Source: a virus. Taken from it: a stretch of DNA of 64,000 nucleotides. Position numbers and translations under genes: made by a program. How positions within the stretch are numbered: the first letter of the stretch is position 1; every line of letters begins with the position of its first letter. The notes beneath the pieces were generated by a model. That model saw only the letters and a list, made by a program, of their open reading frames with translations, made no database searches and was not told where the DNA came from. The DNA is taken from IMG/VR virus record IMGVR_UViG_3300038809_000021, positions 7,782 to 71,781 of that record. One strand, written 5' to 3'. Below are positions 56,359 through 64,000 of this stretch, one piece after another.

Positions 56359-57195
56359 ATGGCCGTATCCATTCAAGACCTGATCGCTAGCAAAACCAAA
56401 GAAATGAGCGCAAAGAAAATGCGTTCCGCTACTTTGAAGCCAGCAGCAGGCAAGCATTCTTACCGTGTTCTCCCTTCGTGGCGTGGCGGTGAAGAAATGC
56501 AGTTCTGGCATGACTTCTCCATGCACTTCATCAAGACAGCCGAAAGCGGTACCAAGCCAGCAGCCGTCTACATCTGCGCCGAGAAAACCTACGGCAAAGA
56601 ATGCGAAGTGTGCGCGAACATCAAGAAAGCGATGGCCGTTTCGGTCGACGACGACATGACCAAGCGCTTGAAAGAAGCTCTGTCTGCCCAGCGTTACCTG
56701 CTGAACGTGCTGCACCTGACCGGCCCAGAGCCAGAAAAAGTGCAAGTGCTTGAAGTTGGCCAGGGTGTGTTCGAATCGATCTGCGGTTTGATCGGCGAAT
56801 ACGGCGACATCACCGACCCGAGCGATGCTGGTACCAACATCATCATCAATCGTGAAGGCACCGGTCTCGACACGAAGTACACCGTGTTGCCGGCCGCGAA
56901 GAAAACCAGCGTACCCAAGAAGTGCCTGGGTGACGCGCTGATCAACCTGGACGAGTTCGTTGCACAAGAGAACCCGGCTGGCGAGACCAAAGCGCTGACC
57001 GCTGTTGCAAGCATCATCGGCATCACCCTCGACCCTTCTGCAAAGGCGATCGGCGGCAAGAAGGGTTCGCACCCTGCTCTCGCTGACCTGACTGACGCGG
57101 AAGACGCAGACTTCGAGCCTGTCGGTTCGAAACCTGCTGTCGATGATGGTCTCGACGACCTGGATGATCTGGACTCCCTGCTCGAAGCTGAGTAA
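56359..57195 (+). CDS. Single-stranded DNA-binding protein (T4 gp32-like)
   Basis: YRVLPSW ... WHDFSMHF ... ICAEKTYGKECEVC; acidic tail DDGLDDLDDLDSLLEAE. Confidence 0.75.
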   Translation: MAVSIQDLIASKTKEMSAKKMRSATLKPAAGKHSYRVLPSWRGGEEMQFWHDFSMHFIKTAESGTKPAAVYICAEKTYGKECEVCANIKKAMAVSVDDDMTKRLKEALSAQRYLLNVLHLTGPEPEKVQVLEVGQGVFESICGLIGEYGDITDPSDAGTNIIINREGTGLDTKYTVLPAAKKTSVPKKCLGDALINLDEFVAQENPAGETKALTAVASIIGITLDPSAKAIGGKKGSHPALADLTDAEDADFEPVGSKPAVDDGLDDLDDLDSLLEAE

Positions 57196-57215
57196 GCAGT
57201 CAATCCTGGTCTAGC

Positions 57216-57237
57216 AAAGGGCGCTTCGGCGTCCTTT
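57216..57237 (+). terminator. Intrinsic terminator after SSB
   Basis: AAAGGGCGC-TTCG-GCGTCCTTT. Confidence 0.75.
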
Positions 57238-57259
57238 GTTCCCTTCGAGGCACAGTCTC

Positions 57260-58219
57260 ATGAAAAAGCATTACGATAAAATCCTGTTCGATATGAACAG
57301 CTTGGGCTATGCAGCGCACAGCGCACGCGAACTCAAGATGGCTGACGGTAGCCAGATTCAAGCAGTCTTCTTTTCCCTCAAGATGGTCAAGCGCGCAATC
57401 GACGAGTATGCCGGCCCAGAAACCAAGTGCATCGGTTTGTGGGACAGCAAGGCTCAGTGGCGCTATGACATTCATCCTGAATACAAAGGCAAGCGCGACG
57501 ATGACCCGGTGAAGAAAGCTTCACGCGGTGAGTACAAGCGTCAGGTGCCGATCATTCGCAAGATGTTCGCGCTCGTTGGTCTGGAGCAGCGCTTCGCACA
57601 AGGCGAAGAAGCAGATGACCTGGGTGCAGCACTCGTTCACAACCGTGTACCGGGCGAGAAGATTCTCGTTGTCACCGGCGACCATGACTGGTTGCAGCTC
57701 GTCAGCGATGACGTTGACTGGTACGACCCTCGTGAGCTGGGCAAGCACGTCAACGCCGGCAACTTCGCAGAAGTGACCAAGTGCGCCAACGTCGTGGTGT
57801 TCGCACAGACGAAAGCGATCCTGGGTGACAGCAGCGACAACGTGAAAGGCGTGGCCGGTATCGGTGAGAAGTCTTGCCCGCTGATGTTCGAACAGTGGGG
57901 CAGCGTGGCCAACTTCTTCAAGTGGACCGCGACCAAGACTGAAATCGTCAAGGGCGACGTAGACAGTCGGCTGAACCGCTACATGAAAGCCCTGAACCAG
58001 TTTGCATACGGTCCAGGCAAAGCACAGTTCATCCGCAACATGAACCTGATGAACCTGCTGAGCAAGCGGCATCGCGGTACCGAAATCCTGGATAAGCAGG
58101 TGATCCTTCCAGCGAAGCAAGACATGGAAGCATTCAATCTGATGTGCCACGAATTCGCATTCATGACCATCATCAAAACTCTGCCAGCTTGGCAGAAGAC
58201 TTTCGCACAAGGGGTTTGA
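57260..58219 (+). CDS. 5'-3' exonuclease / FEN (T4 RNase H, PolI N-terminal-like)
   Basis: LFDMNS, WDS ... YKGKR, EEADD, TGDHDW, GDSSDNVKGVAGIGEK. Confidence 0.92.
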   Translation: MKKHYDKILFDMNSLGYAAHSARELKMADGSQIQAVFFSLKMVKRAIDEYAGPETKCIGLWDSKAQWRYDIHPEYKGKRDDDPVKKASRGEYKRQVPIIRKMFALVGLEQRFAQGEEADDLGAALVHNRVPGEKILVVTGDHDWLQLVSDDVDWYDPRELGKHVNAGNFAEVTKCANVVVFAQTKAILGDSSDNVKGVAGIGEKSCPLMFEQWGSVANFFKWTATKTEIVKGDVDSRLNRYMKALNQFAYGPGKAQFIRNMNLMNLLSKRHRGTEILDKQVILPAKQDMEAFNLMCHEFAFMTIIKTLPAWQKTFAQGV

Positions 58220-58221
58220 AC

Positions 58222-59367
58222 ATGGCTAAGGCAGCTAAAGCATCACCATCGTCTACGCTGGCAGCTTCGCTCGCAGCGTTGATCGGCGCGAACGCAGAGC
58301 AGATCGGCATCAAGAACTGGATGTCTACTGGCATCCCTGAGCTTGACGCTGCGCTGTCCGGTGTCTTCGAGAACGGCGGTATCCCTGGTGGTCGAATGGT
58401 TGAAATCTTCGGACCACCTTCGTCGGGCAAAACCTTCCTGGCAACGATGATCATGAAAGCTGCCCAGGAAATGGGCGGCATCGCCGGCTTCTCTGACCAC
58501 GAACGCTCGTTCGAACCGAAGCTCGCAGAGAGCCTGGGCATGGACGTGAGCAACACCAGCGGCCGCTTCGTGTACAAGCGCCCTGAGACGTTCGAAGAAA
58601 GCATCCGTATCGCCATGAACTTCTGTGAAGGCGTGCGCAAAGCGAAGCTGATCCCGGATGACGCCCCGCTGGTTTGGGTGTTCGACTCCGTAGCGTCGAT
58701 GGTCCCGCATGACAAGCTGTACGACGACAAAGGCAAGCGTCGGACTGACCGCTTCAACATGAAGGACAAGTTGGCGCTGGCCACTGCAACGTCGCAGAAC
58801 TATCCGCAGCTCGCACAGTTCGCGGAAGACTACAACATGACCGTGATCCTGCTGAACCAGATTCGCATCAAGCCGGGTGTGATGTATGGCGACCCAACCA
58901 CCACCCCAGGTGGCGCAGCAGCCGAATACTACGCTTCGATCCGTATCAGCCTGGGTCGCAAGATGATCACCAACGGCGAGAAAGACGCAGACAAGAAGGA
59001 AACTCTGGGTCAGGAAATCACCGCCAACGTGGTCAAGAACAAAGTCACCCGTCCATTCCAGCGTGCGAAATGGCGTGTGATGTACAACATGAGCGGCTTC
59101 GGTGCTAACGTAGACGTGATCGGCTCGACTCTCGACTTCCTGGTCCGCAAAGACCTGATCCCGAAAGACGGCAACTATCTCGTGTGGGAAGGCAAGAAGC
59201 TGTATCAGGCGGCCGTTGAGAAACGACTGCAAGCAGACCCGGATGCAATGACCAAGCTGCGCGCATTGCTGCCGGACAAAGTAGAAGACCTGACGTCAAC
59301 CGACGCTGAGTCTGAAAGCCTGCCAACAGAAGGCGGGGAAACCGAAGTAGGAGCGGTAGAAGAATGA
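58222..59367 (+). CDS. recA: RecA/UvsX recombinase
   Basis: STGIPELDAAL, GRMVEIFGPPSSGKT, VFDSVA, NQIR ... PGG, KNKV. Confidence 0.93.
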   Translation: MAKAAKASPSSTLAASLAALIGANAEQIGIKNWMSTGIPELDAALSGVFENGGIPGGRMVEIFGPPSSGKTFLATMIMKAAQEMGGIAGFSDHERSFEPKLAESLGMDVSNTSGRFVYKRPETFEESIRIAMNFCEGVRKAKLIPDDAPLVWVFDSVASMVPHDKLYDDKGKRRTDRFNMKDKLALATATSQNYPQLAQFAEDYNMTVILLNQIRIKPGVMYGDPTTTPGGAAAEYYASIRISLGRKMITNGEKDADKKETLGQEITANVVKNKVTRPFQRAKWRVMYNMSGFGANVDVIGSTLDFLVRKDLIPKDGNYLVWEGKKLYQAAVEKRLQADPDAMTKLRALLPDKVEDLTSTDAESESLPTEGGETEVGAVEE

Positions 59368-59792
59368 ACAAGCCTAAGTGGGTGAGCAAGCTTGAGCAGA
59401 TGGAAGTACCGGGTTGGGCGGGCACAGTGCTGGGCTGGCTGGTAGCCGGCTTGCTGATCTTGCTGGGCGCACTCGCTATCGTCGGGGGTGTGATCTTCAC
59501 CCTGACTGTCGCAGTGTTTCTGCCGTCGCTTGTCGTCGCGCTCGTGACCTGGTTCTGCTGGACGTACCTGGAAATCGGGGTCACGTACTTCGACCATCTT
59601 CCGAAGGTCTGGCAGTCGATTCCGTTCTTGCATTTTTGGGCAGTGTGGGCAGCAGTATTGTGGGTGATCAGGCTGATTGCGAAAGCGACACGACCTTCCA
59701 CGAAAGAGCATGGCTTCAAAGACGAGCTGCGTGAAGGCTGCGGTCTTTCAGATAACATGCAGTGCCGCCTTCACATGAAGCACAGGAAGTAA
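59364..59792 (+). CDS. Membrane protein
   Basis: Several hydrophobic segments; ATGA overlap with recA. Confidence 0.65.
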   Translation: MNKPKWVSKLEQMEVPGWAGTVLGWLVAGLLILLGALAIVGGVIFTLTVAVFLPSLVVALVTWFCWTYLEIGVTYFDHLPKVWQSIPFLHFWAVWAAVLWVIRLIAKATRPSTKEHGFKDELREGCGLSDNMQCRLHMKHRK

Positions 59793-59806
59793 CTCAAGCG
59801 GTAGAC

Positions 59807-59834
59807 AAAGGGCGGGCTGATACCCCGCCCTTTT
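59807..59834 (+). terminator. Intrinsic terminator
   Basis: AAAGGGCGGG / CCCGCCCTTTT. Confidence 0.8.
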
Positions 59835-59850
59835 CTATGGGAGAAGATAA

Positions 59851-60321
59851 ATGATTGACACCAACCTGCGCACGCTTCGGTTCACTAACGAAGGCTACCG
59901 CATGAAGACTGGACTTTGCGCACACTGCGGCCACAACGAGCTGTGCAGCGTTCAGAGCGACGTTCGCCAGCAGTGCTATGCGTTTCAGCCCTCACTGATG
60001 TTCCAGTCTCTGGCGGGCACTGAGCTGTCGTTCAACACGTTCCGTCTGGGAGGTGCATGGGCAAAGCGCGTGCTACCCGGTCGCATCGTTGGTCTGGTCG
60101 ACAAGCACGGCAAGAAGCTCGACGAGGCAGTGATCGAGGGTATCAGGGTCGGCCCGCGTGACCTGATGATCGAGGAACACGCACGCATGAACCACCTGAT
60201 GATCGCAAGCGGCAGCACCCAGCCGATCCGTGACTTGAGACGCAAGCTGACCAACCTGTACGGCCCGAATTACCTGGCCCGGGCGACTCTCATGAGCGTC
60301 ATATACCTCCGTCGAATTTAA
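59851..60321 (+). CDS. ASCH/PUA-like protein with N-terminal Cys cluster
   Basis: CAHC ... C ... C followed by FNTFRLG ... LPGRIVGLV pattern. Confidence 0.5.
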   Translation: MIDTNLRTLRFTNEGYRMKTGLCAHCGHNELCSVQSDVRQQCYAFQPSLMFQSLAGTELSFNTFRLGGAWAKRVLPGRIVGLVDKHGKKLDEAVIEGIRVGPRDLMIEEHARMNHLMIASGSTQPIRDLRRKLTNLYGPNYLARATLMSVIYLRRI

Positions 60322-60400
60322 GCATAATGCCACTGGGGACAATAAGACTTCCCAGTGCGCAGTCGATATAATCAGCACTCTCAAACGAGCGAGTTCAAAC

Positions 60401-61474
60401 ATGAAACCGTATGGCATTATCAGCGACACGCACGCACACACCTGGGGCACTTTCAGCAAGCCCCTTGCGACCGGCATCAACAGCCGGCTGCAACACATTC
60501 TCGACGGCATCCTGGGCGCGGGTAAGTGGGTAGCAGATGAAGGCGGTCAGCGCCTGTACATCACGGGCGACCTGTTTCATAAGCGGGGCGAAATCTCCCC
60601 GATGGTTCTGAACCCGTTGATCGACGTGTTCAAAGAGTTGCACGGCATGGGCATTGAAACCCGCGTGCTGACCGGCAACCACGACCTTGAGTCGCGCAAC
60701 AGCGAAGCCCTCAGCAACTCGTGTGAGAGCCTGCGCACTGTCGAAGGCATCAAGATCATCAGCAAGCCCACCTTGTTCTCTGACGACAACGTGGCGATGG
60801 TTCCCTGGTACGACTCTATCGATGATGTCCGCAAGCACATCAAGCTGCTGGTCAGCGAAATCGAATCGATCGATGACGTGGCTGAATGGACCCTGATGCT
60901 GCACGCACCGGTCAACGGCGTGCTGATCGGCATCCCTGATCATGGCTTCTACGCCAAAGAGCTTGAAGTCCTGGGCTTCCACCGCGTGTTCAGTGGTCAC
61001 TATCACAACCACAAAGAGTTCGCCGGTGAAGTGTTCAGCGTTGGTGCGTTGACGCATCAAACCTGGAACGACGTGAACACGAAAGCCGGCATGCTGCTGG
61101 TCAACGAGTTCGTGACGCATCGCGAAACTGACGCGCCCAAGTTCAAAGACTTCGACCTCAAGTGGGACGATGACACTGCGGCGGAAGAGTGCGAAGGCAA
61201 CTACATGCGCTTGAAGCTGGGCGAAGCGACCGAAGACGAAATCACCATGCTGCGTGACCACATCATTGGTCTGGGCGGCGCCGGTGTTCTCGTGCAAGCG
61301 ATCCCGATCCCCAAAGGCACCGTGAAGTCGCGCACGTCTGCAACTGTAAAGGCCCCGACTGTTCGGGAATCAATCAACGAATGGATCAGCGCACACAGCC
61401 CCTCGAAAGGTCGTACTGAAATCGAGAAGCTGTGTATGGCGATCATGGACGAATCGGAAGCGGTGGACGCATGA
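60401..61474 (+). CDS. sbcD: Mre11/SbcD-like metallophosphoesterase nuclease (gp47-like)
   Basis: SDTH, GDLFH, GNHD, LHA, SGHYH motifs. Confidence 0.92.
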   Translation: MKPYGIISDTHAHTWGTFSKPLATGINSRLQHILDGILGAGKWVADEGGQRLYITGDLFHKRGEISPMVLNPLIDVFKELHGMGIETRVLTGNHDLESRNSEALSNSCESLRTVEGIKIISKPTLFSDDNVAMVPWYDSIDDVRKHIKLLVSEIESIDDVAEWTLMLHAPVNGVLIGIPDHGFYAKELEVLGFHRVFSGHYHNHKEFAGEVFSVGALTHQTWNDVNTKAGMLLVNEFVTHRETDAPKFKDFDLKWDDDTAAEECEGNYMRLKLGEATEDEITMLRDHIIGLGGAGVLVQAIPIPKGTVKSRTSATVKAPTVRESINEWISAHSPSKGRTEIEKLCMAIMDESEAVDA

Positions 61475-63414
61475 AAATTCTGAGCGCAACAGTCAACAAC
61501 TTCGGCGCCATTGGCGAAGCAACCATCGAGCTGGACGACAAGGGTCTGATCCTGGTTCAAGGCGTCAACGAAGACGACACCAGTCAGATCAGCAACGGCT
61601 CGGGCAAGTCAACGCTGCCGGATGCTCTGTGCTGGTGCTTCTACGGTGAGACAGCGAAGGGCGAGTCGGGCGATGCCATCGTCAACCGCAAAGCCAAGAA
61701 AGATTGCTCTGTCGAAGCCGTCCTGGTTGACGAAGACGACGAGCAGGTCTACCGCATCACCCGGCACCGCAAGCACAAGGTCTACAAGAACATGCTGCGC
61801 CTGGAAATGGAGCAGGGCAGTTCTTGGAAAGACCTGACCAAAGGCACAGACAAGCTGACGCAAGAGCTGGTCAATCGTGTGATCGGTTGCGGTCTTGAAG
61901 TGTTCGCCAGCGCAATCTACGCCGGGCAAGAAGCGATGCCCGACCTGCCAGCCATGACTGACAAGCAGTTGAAGGTGCTGATCGAAGAGAGCGCCGGTAT
62001 CAGTCAGCTCCAGACCGCCAACGACATCGCCCGTCGCATCGTCGGTGAGCGCAAAGTCGTGACGCAGGCAGTGCAGTCGAAGATCGACGGCAAGAAAAGC
62101 GTCGTCGAGAACCTTGACCAGCAGGTTGAACAAGCGAAGGAAGACTGGAAGACCTTCGAGACGAACGCCAAGCAGCGCATCGTCGATCAGAAAAAGGTTG
62201 TCGAAGAAGCCGAAGCAGCGTTCGACCCGGCCCTGGGTGACAAGATCGTCAAGAAGGTGCAGAGCCTGAAAGACGAAGAGGTCAAAGTTCGAGCCAAGAT
62301 TGCGTCTGTAGATGCAGAGCGCATCGAAGAGCGCCGGCTGGCTGACATCAGCAGCGACCTGGGTATGCAGGCGAGTCATGCGAAGGGTCAGTTCGACGCC
62401 GCACTCAAGAAAGCCCAGGACGCGAAGCATCGTCTCGACCACATCGGTGACACGGTTGGTACCGACTGCGCGAGCTGCGGTCACACAATCGAAGCCGACG
62501 ACATCGCCGGTAACGAAGCAGTGGCCAAGAAAGCTGCGCTCGACGCTGCGCAGAAAGCAAAGCTTGCGAAAGCAGATGCAGAGTCGAAGCGGGAAGCTGC
62601 TGAGAGCGCGCTACAGACGCTTGCCGACTACAGAGCATCAATGACTGACGTGAGCGCTCAAAGCGAGACCTTGAGCGTCATAGCAGACAAGAAGCGCATC
62701 CTGGATCAGCACCTGGACAAGTGGAACACTGCGAAGAACGAAGTCACGAAGGCAGAGGCTCGTTTGAAAGAGCTGACCGACTACGTGAACCCGTACAAGC
62801 AGATCGAAACCGACCTGGTGAATCGTCTGGCCGGTGTGCATGCTGAAATCGTCGCGATGGAAGGCGAGCGCGAAGCAGCGTTCGACGCCCTCGAAGTGGC
62901 AGAAGCTGCGCTCAAGGTGTTCGGGCCAGCCGGTGTACGCGCTCACATTCTCGACACAGTGACCCCGCACCTGAATGCACGCACGTCGCACTACCTGTCC
63001 ACGCTGACCGATGGCAACATCACAGCAGTGTGGTCGACCGTCAGTGCGACCGCGAAGGGTGAGCTGCGCGAGAAGTTCGTGATCGATGTCCAGAGCGCCA
63101 CTGGTGGTGAGTCATTCAAGTCGCTGTCGGGCGGCGAGAAGCGTAAAGTGCGACTGGCTTGCGCAATGGCTCTGCAAGACCTGGTTGCAGCGCGAGCCAG
63201 CAAACCGATCAAGCTGTTCATCGCGGACGAAATCGACCACGCACTCGACCCAGCCGGGTTGGAGCGTCTGATGACGCTGCTGGAAGACAAGTCGCGAGAC
63301 AAAGGGACCGTGCTGGTTATCTCTCACAGCGACCTCAAGGATTCCATCAGACAGGCGATCACGTTCACTAAAAAGGACGGTCGCTCTTCACTCGACGCAA
63401 CAGGGATGCTCTGA
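61471..63414 (+). CDS. sbcC: Rad50/SbcC-like SMC ATPase (gp46-like)
   Basis: NGSGKST, coiled coils, CASC hook, LSGGEKRK, FIADE. Confidence 0.93.
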   Translation: MKILSATVNNFGAIGEATIELDDKGLILVQGVNEDDTSQISNGSGKSTLPDALCWCFYGETAKGESGDAIVNRKAKKDCSVEAVLVDEDDEQVYRITRHRKHKVYKNMLRLEMEQGSSWKDLTKGTDKLTQELVNRVIGCGLEVFASAIYAGQEAMPDLPAMTDKQLKVLIEESAGISQLQTANDIARRIVGERKVVTQAVQSKIDGKKSVVENLDQQVEQAKEDWKTFETNAKQRIVDQKKVVEEAEAAFDPALGDKIVKKVQSLKDEEVKVRAKIASVDAERIEERRLADISSDLGMQASHAKGQFDAALKKAQDAKHRLDHIGDTVGTDCASCGHTIEADDIAGNEAVAKKAALDAAQKAKLAKADAESKREAAESALQTLADYRASMTDVSAQSETLSVIADKKRILDQHLDKWNTAKNEVTKAEARLKELTDYVNPYKQIETDLVNRLAGVHAEIVAMEGEREAAFDALEVAEAALKVFGPAGVRAHILDTVTPHLNARTSHYLSTLTDGNITAVWSTVSATAKGELREKFVIDVQSATGGESFKSLSGGEKRKVRLACAMALQDLVAARASKPIKLFIADEIDHALDPAGLERLMTLLEDKSRDKGTVLVISHSDLKDSIRQAITFTKKDGRSSLDATGML

Positions 63415-63894
63415 ATGTATCTTCCAATGGGACACAGCAACGGCAAGGATATGACCGGGCAGAAATTCGGCAAGCTAACTGTTCTCGGCTTGGTGAAGAG
63501 AAGCAAGCAGGGTCTCCATTGGGAGTGTCGGTGCGAATGCGGCGAAGTGAAAGTGGTCAAGGCTACCGATCTTCGTAGCGGGAACACCTCGTCATGCGGT
63601 CACAAGCACGGCATGACCGGAAGTCCTGAGTATCTCACCTGGAAAGGGATGATCGCCCGCTGCACCAATCCCAAGAGTGTTGGCTATGAGAACTACATGG
63701 CGAGAGGCATAACATTCGACCCGGATTGGGCAGTCTTTGAGAATTTTTATCGCGATATGGGTGATCGACCAGAAGGCATGACTTTGGATCGGGAGAACAA
63801 TGATCTGGGCTACAACAAAGCCAACTGTCGCTGGGCTACGCCCCAACAACAGGCGATTAATCGACGCCCAAGAAGGAGCAAGAAATGCCCCTAG
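63415..63894 (+). CDS. HNH-family homing endonuclease-like protein
   Basis: GQKFGKLTV, CRCECG, TWKGMIARC, TLDRENNDLGYNKANCRWAT; more AT-rich than its neighbours. Confidence 0.85.
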   Translation: MYLPMGHSNGKDMTGQKFGKLTVLGLVKRSKQGLHWECRCECGEVKVVKATDLRSGNTSSCGHKHGMTGSPEYLTWKGMIARCTNPKSVGYENYMARGITFDPDWAVFENFYRDMGDRPEGMTLDRENNDLGYNKANCRWATPQQQAINRRPRRSKKCP

Positions 63895-64000
63895 TTAAAA
63901 ATCTGAATGTCGGCAGCGATTTGTGTGGCGACACTTTCAGAAGGAAAGAATTTATAGTTCAGAAAGATTTTGTTCGCCGCTACGAACTGGATCGAGAGGT
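63885..64000 (+). CDS. Hypothetical protein, 3' truncated by window edge
   Basis: AAGGAG RBS, ATG 63885, MPLVKNLNVGSDLCGD..., open to the edge. Confidence 0.55.
   Translation, partial: MPLVKNLNVGSDLCGDTFRRKEFIVQKDFVRRYELDRE

Larger units (their letters stand above)
1..64000. mobile_element. Large temperate siphovirus / probable SSU5-like phage-plasmid segment (extends beyond both edges)
   Basis: Continuous packaging, head, tail, lysis and replication modules. The combination of ParB-ABC-GNAT, phoH, cobS/T-like, dnaE, recA and sbcCD matches the SSU5/pHCM2 type from memory. No integrase or replicon in the window. Confidence 0.85.

Noticed and set aside
1404-61470. Upstream in-frame starts given by the ORF track (1404, 2622, 5803, 26558, 35894, 44741, 49082, 54388, 56302, 58144, 61432)
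   Set aside because: They overlap upstream genes, promoters or terminators; downstream starts with RBS or translational coupling were used instead.
1-64000. tRNA, rRNA or CRISPR loci
   Set aside because: No intergenic gap shows a cloverleaf, rRNA-like sequence or repeat-spacer pattern by eye; tRNAscan-SE would be the definitive check.

Overview
The whole 64 kb window is a contiguous, apparently intact segment of a large temperate siphovirus-type genome, with no recognisable host housekeeping genes. Gene content and order resemble the SSU5/pHCM2-type phage-plasmids; this is an inference, since no replicon or partition locus is in the window. The GC-rich codon style suggests a Pseudomonas-like gammaproteobacterial host (inference). 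From left to right: an SF2 helicase on the minus strand, cut by the window edge and missed by the ORF track; a ParB-ParB-ABC ATPase-GNAT module; terminase, portal, scaffold and capsid genes; a lambda-like tail; tail tip and three enzyme-bearing fibres or spikes; a holin/SAR-endolysin/spanin lysis cassette; phoH; then a T4-like replication and recombination region built around DnaE. That region holds an Hfq-like protein, DnaB, primase, ligase, CobT/CobS-like pair, DnaE-UDG fusion, UvsY-like protein, SSB, 5'-3' exonuclease, RecA, SbcD/SbcC and an HNH nuclease. Most notable observations: (1) a dnaX-style -1 frameshift signal at the end of the central tail fibre gene, followed by three paralogous tip modules; (2) the ParB/ABC/GNAT module beside the terminase, a candidate DNA modification system; (3) a phage-encoded Hfq together with recurring promoter and leader motifs; (4) a gene-32-like repeat/pseudoknot leader on the SSB gene. 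All family assignments come from reading motifs by eye; no database search was run.
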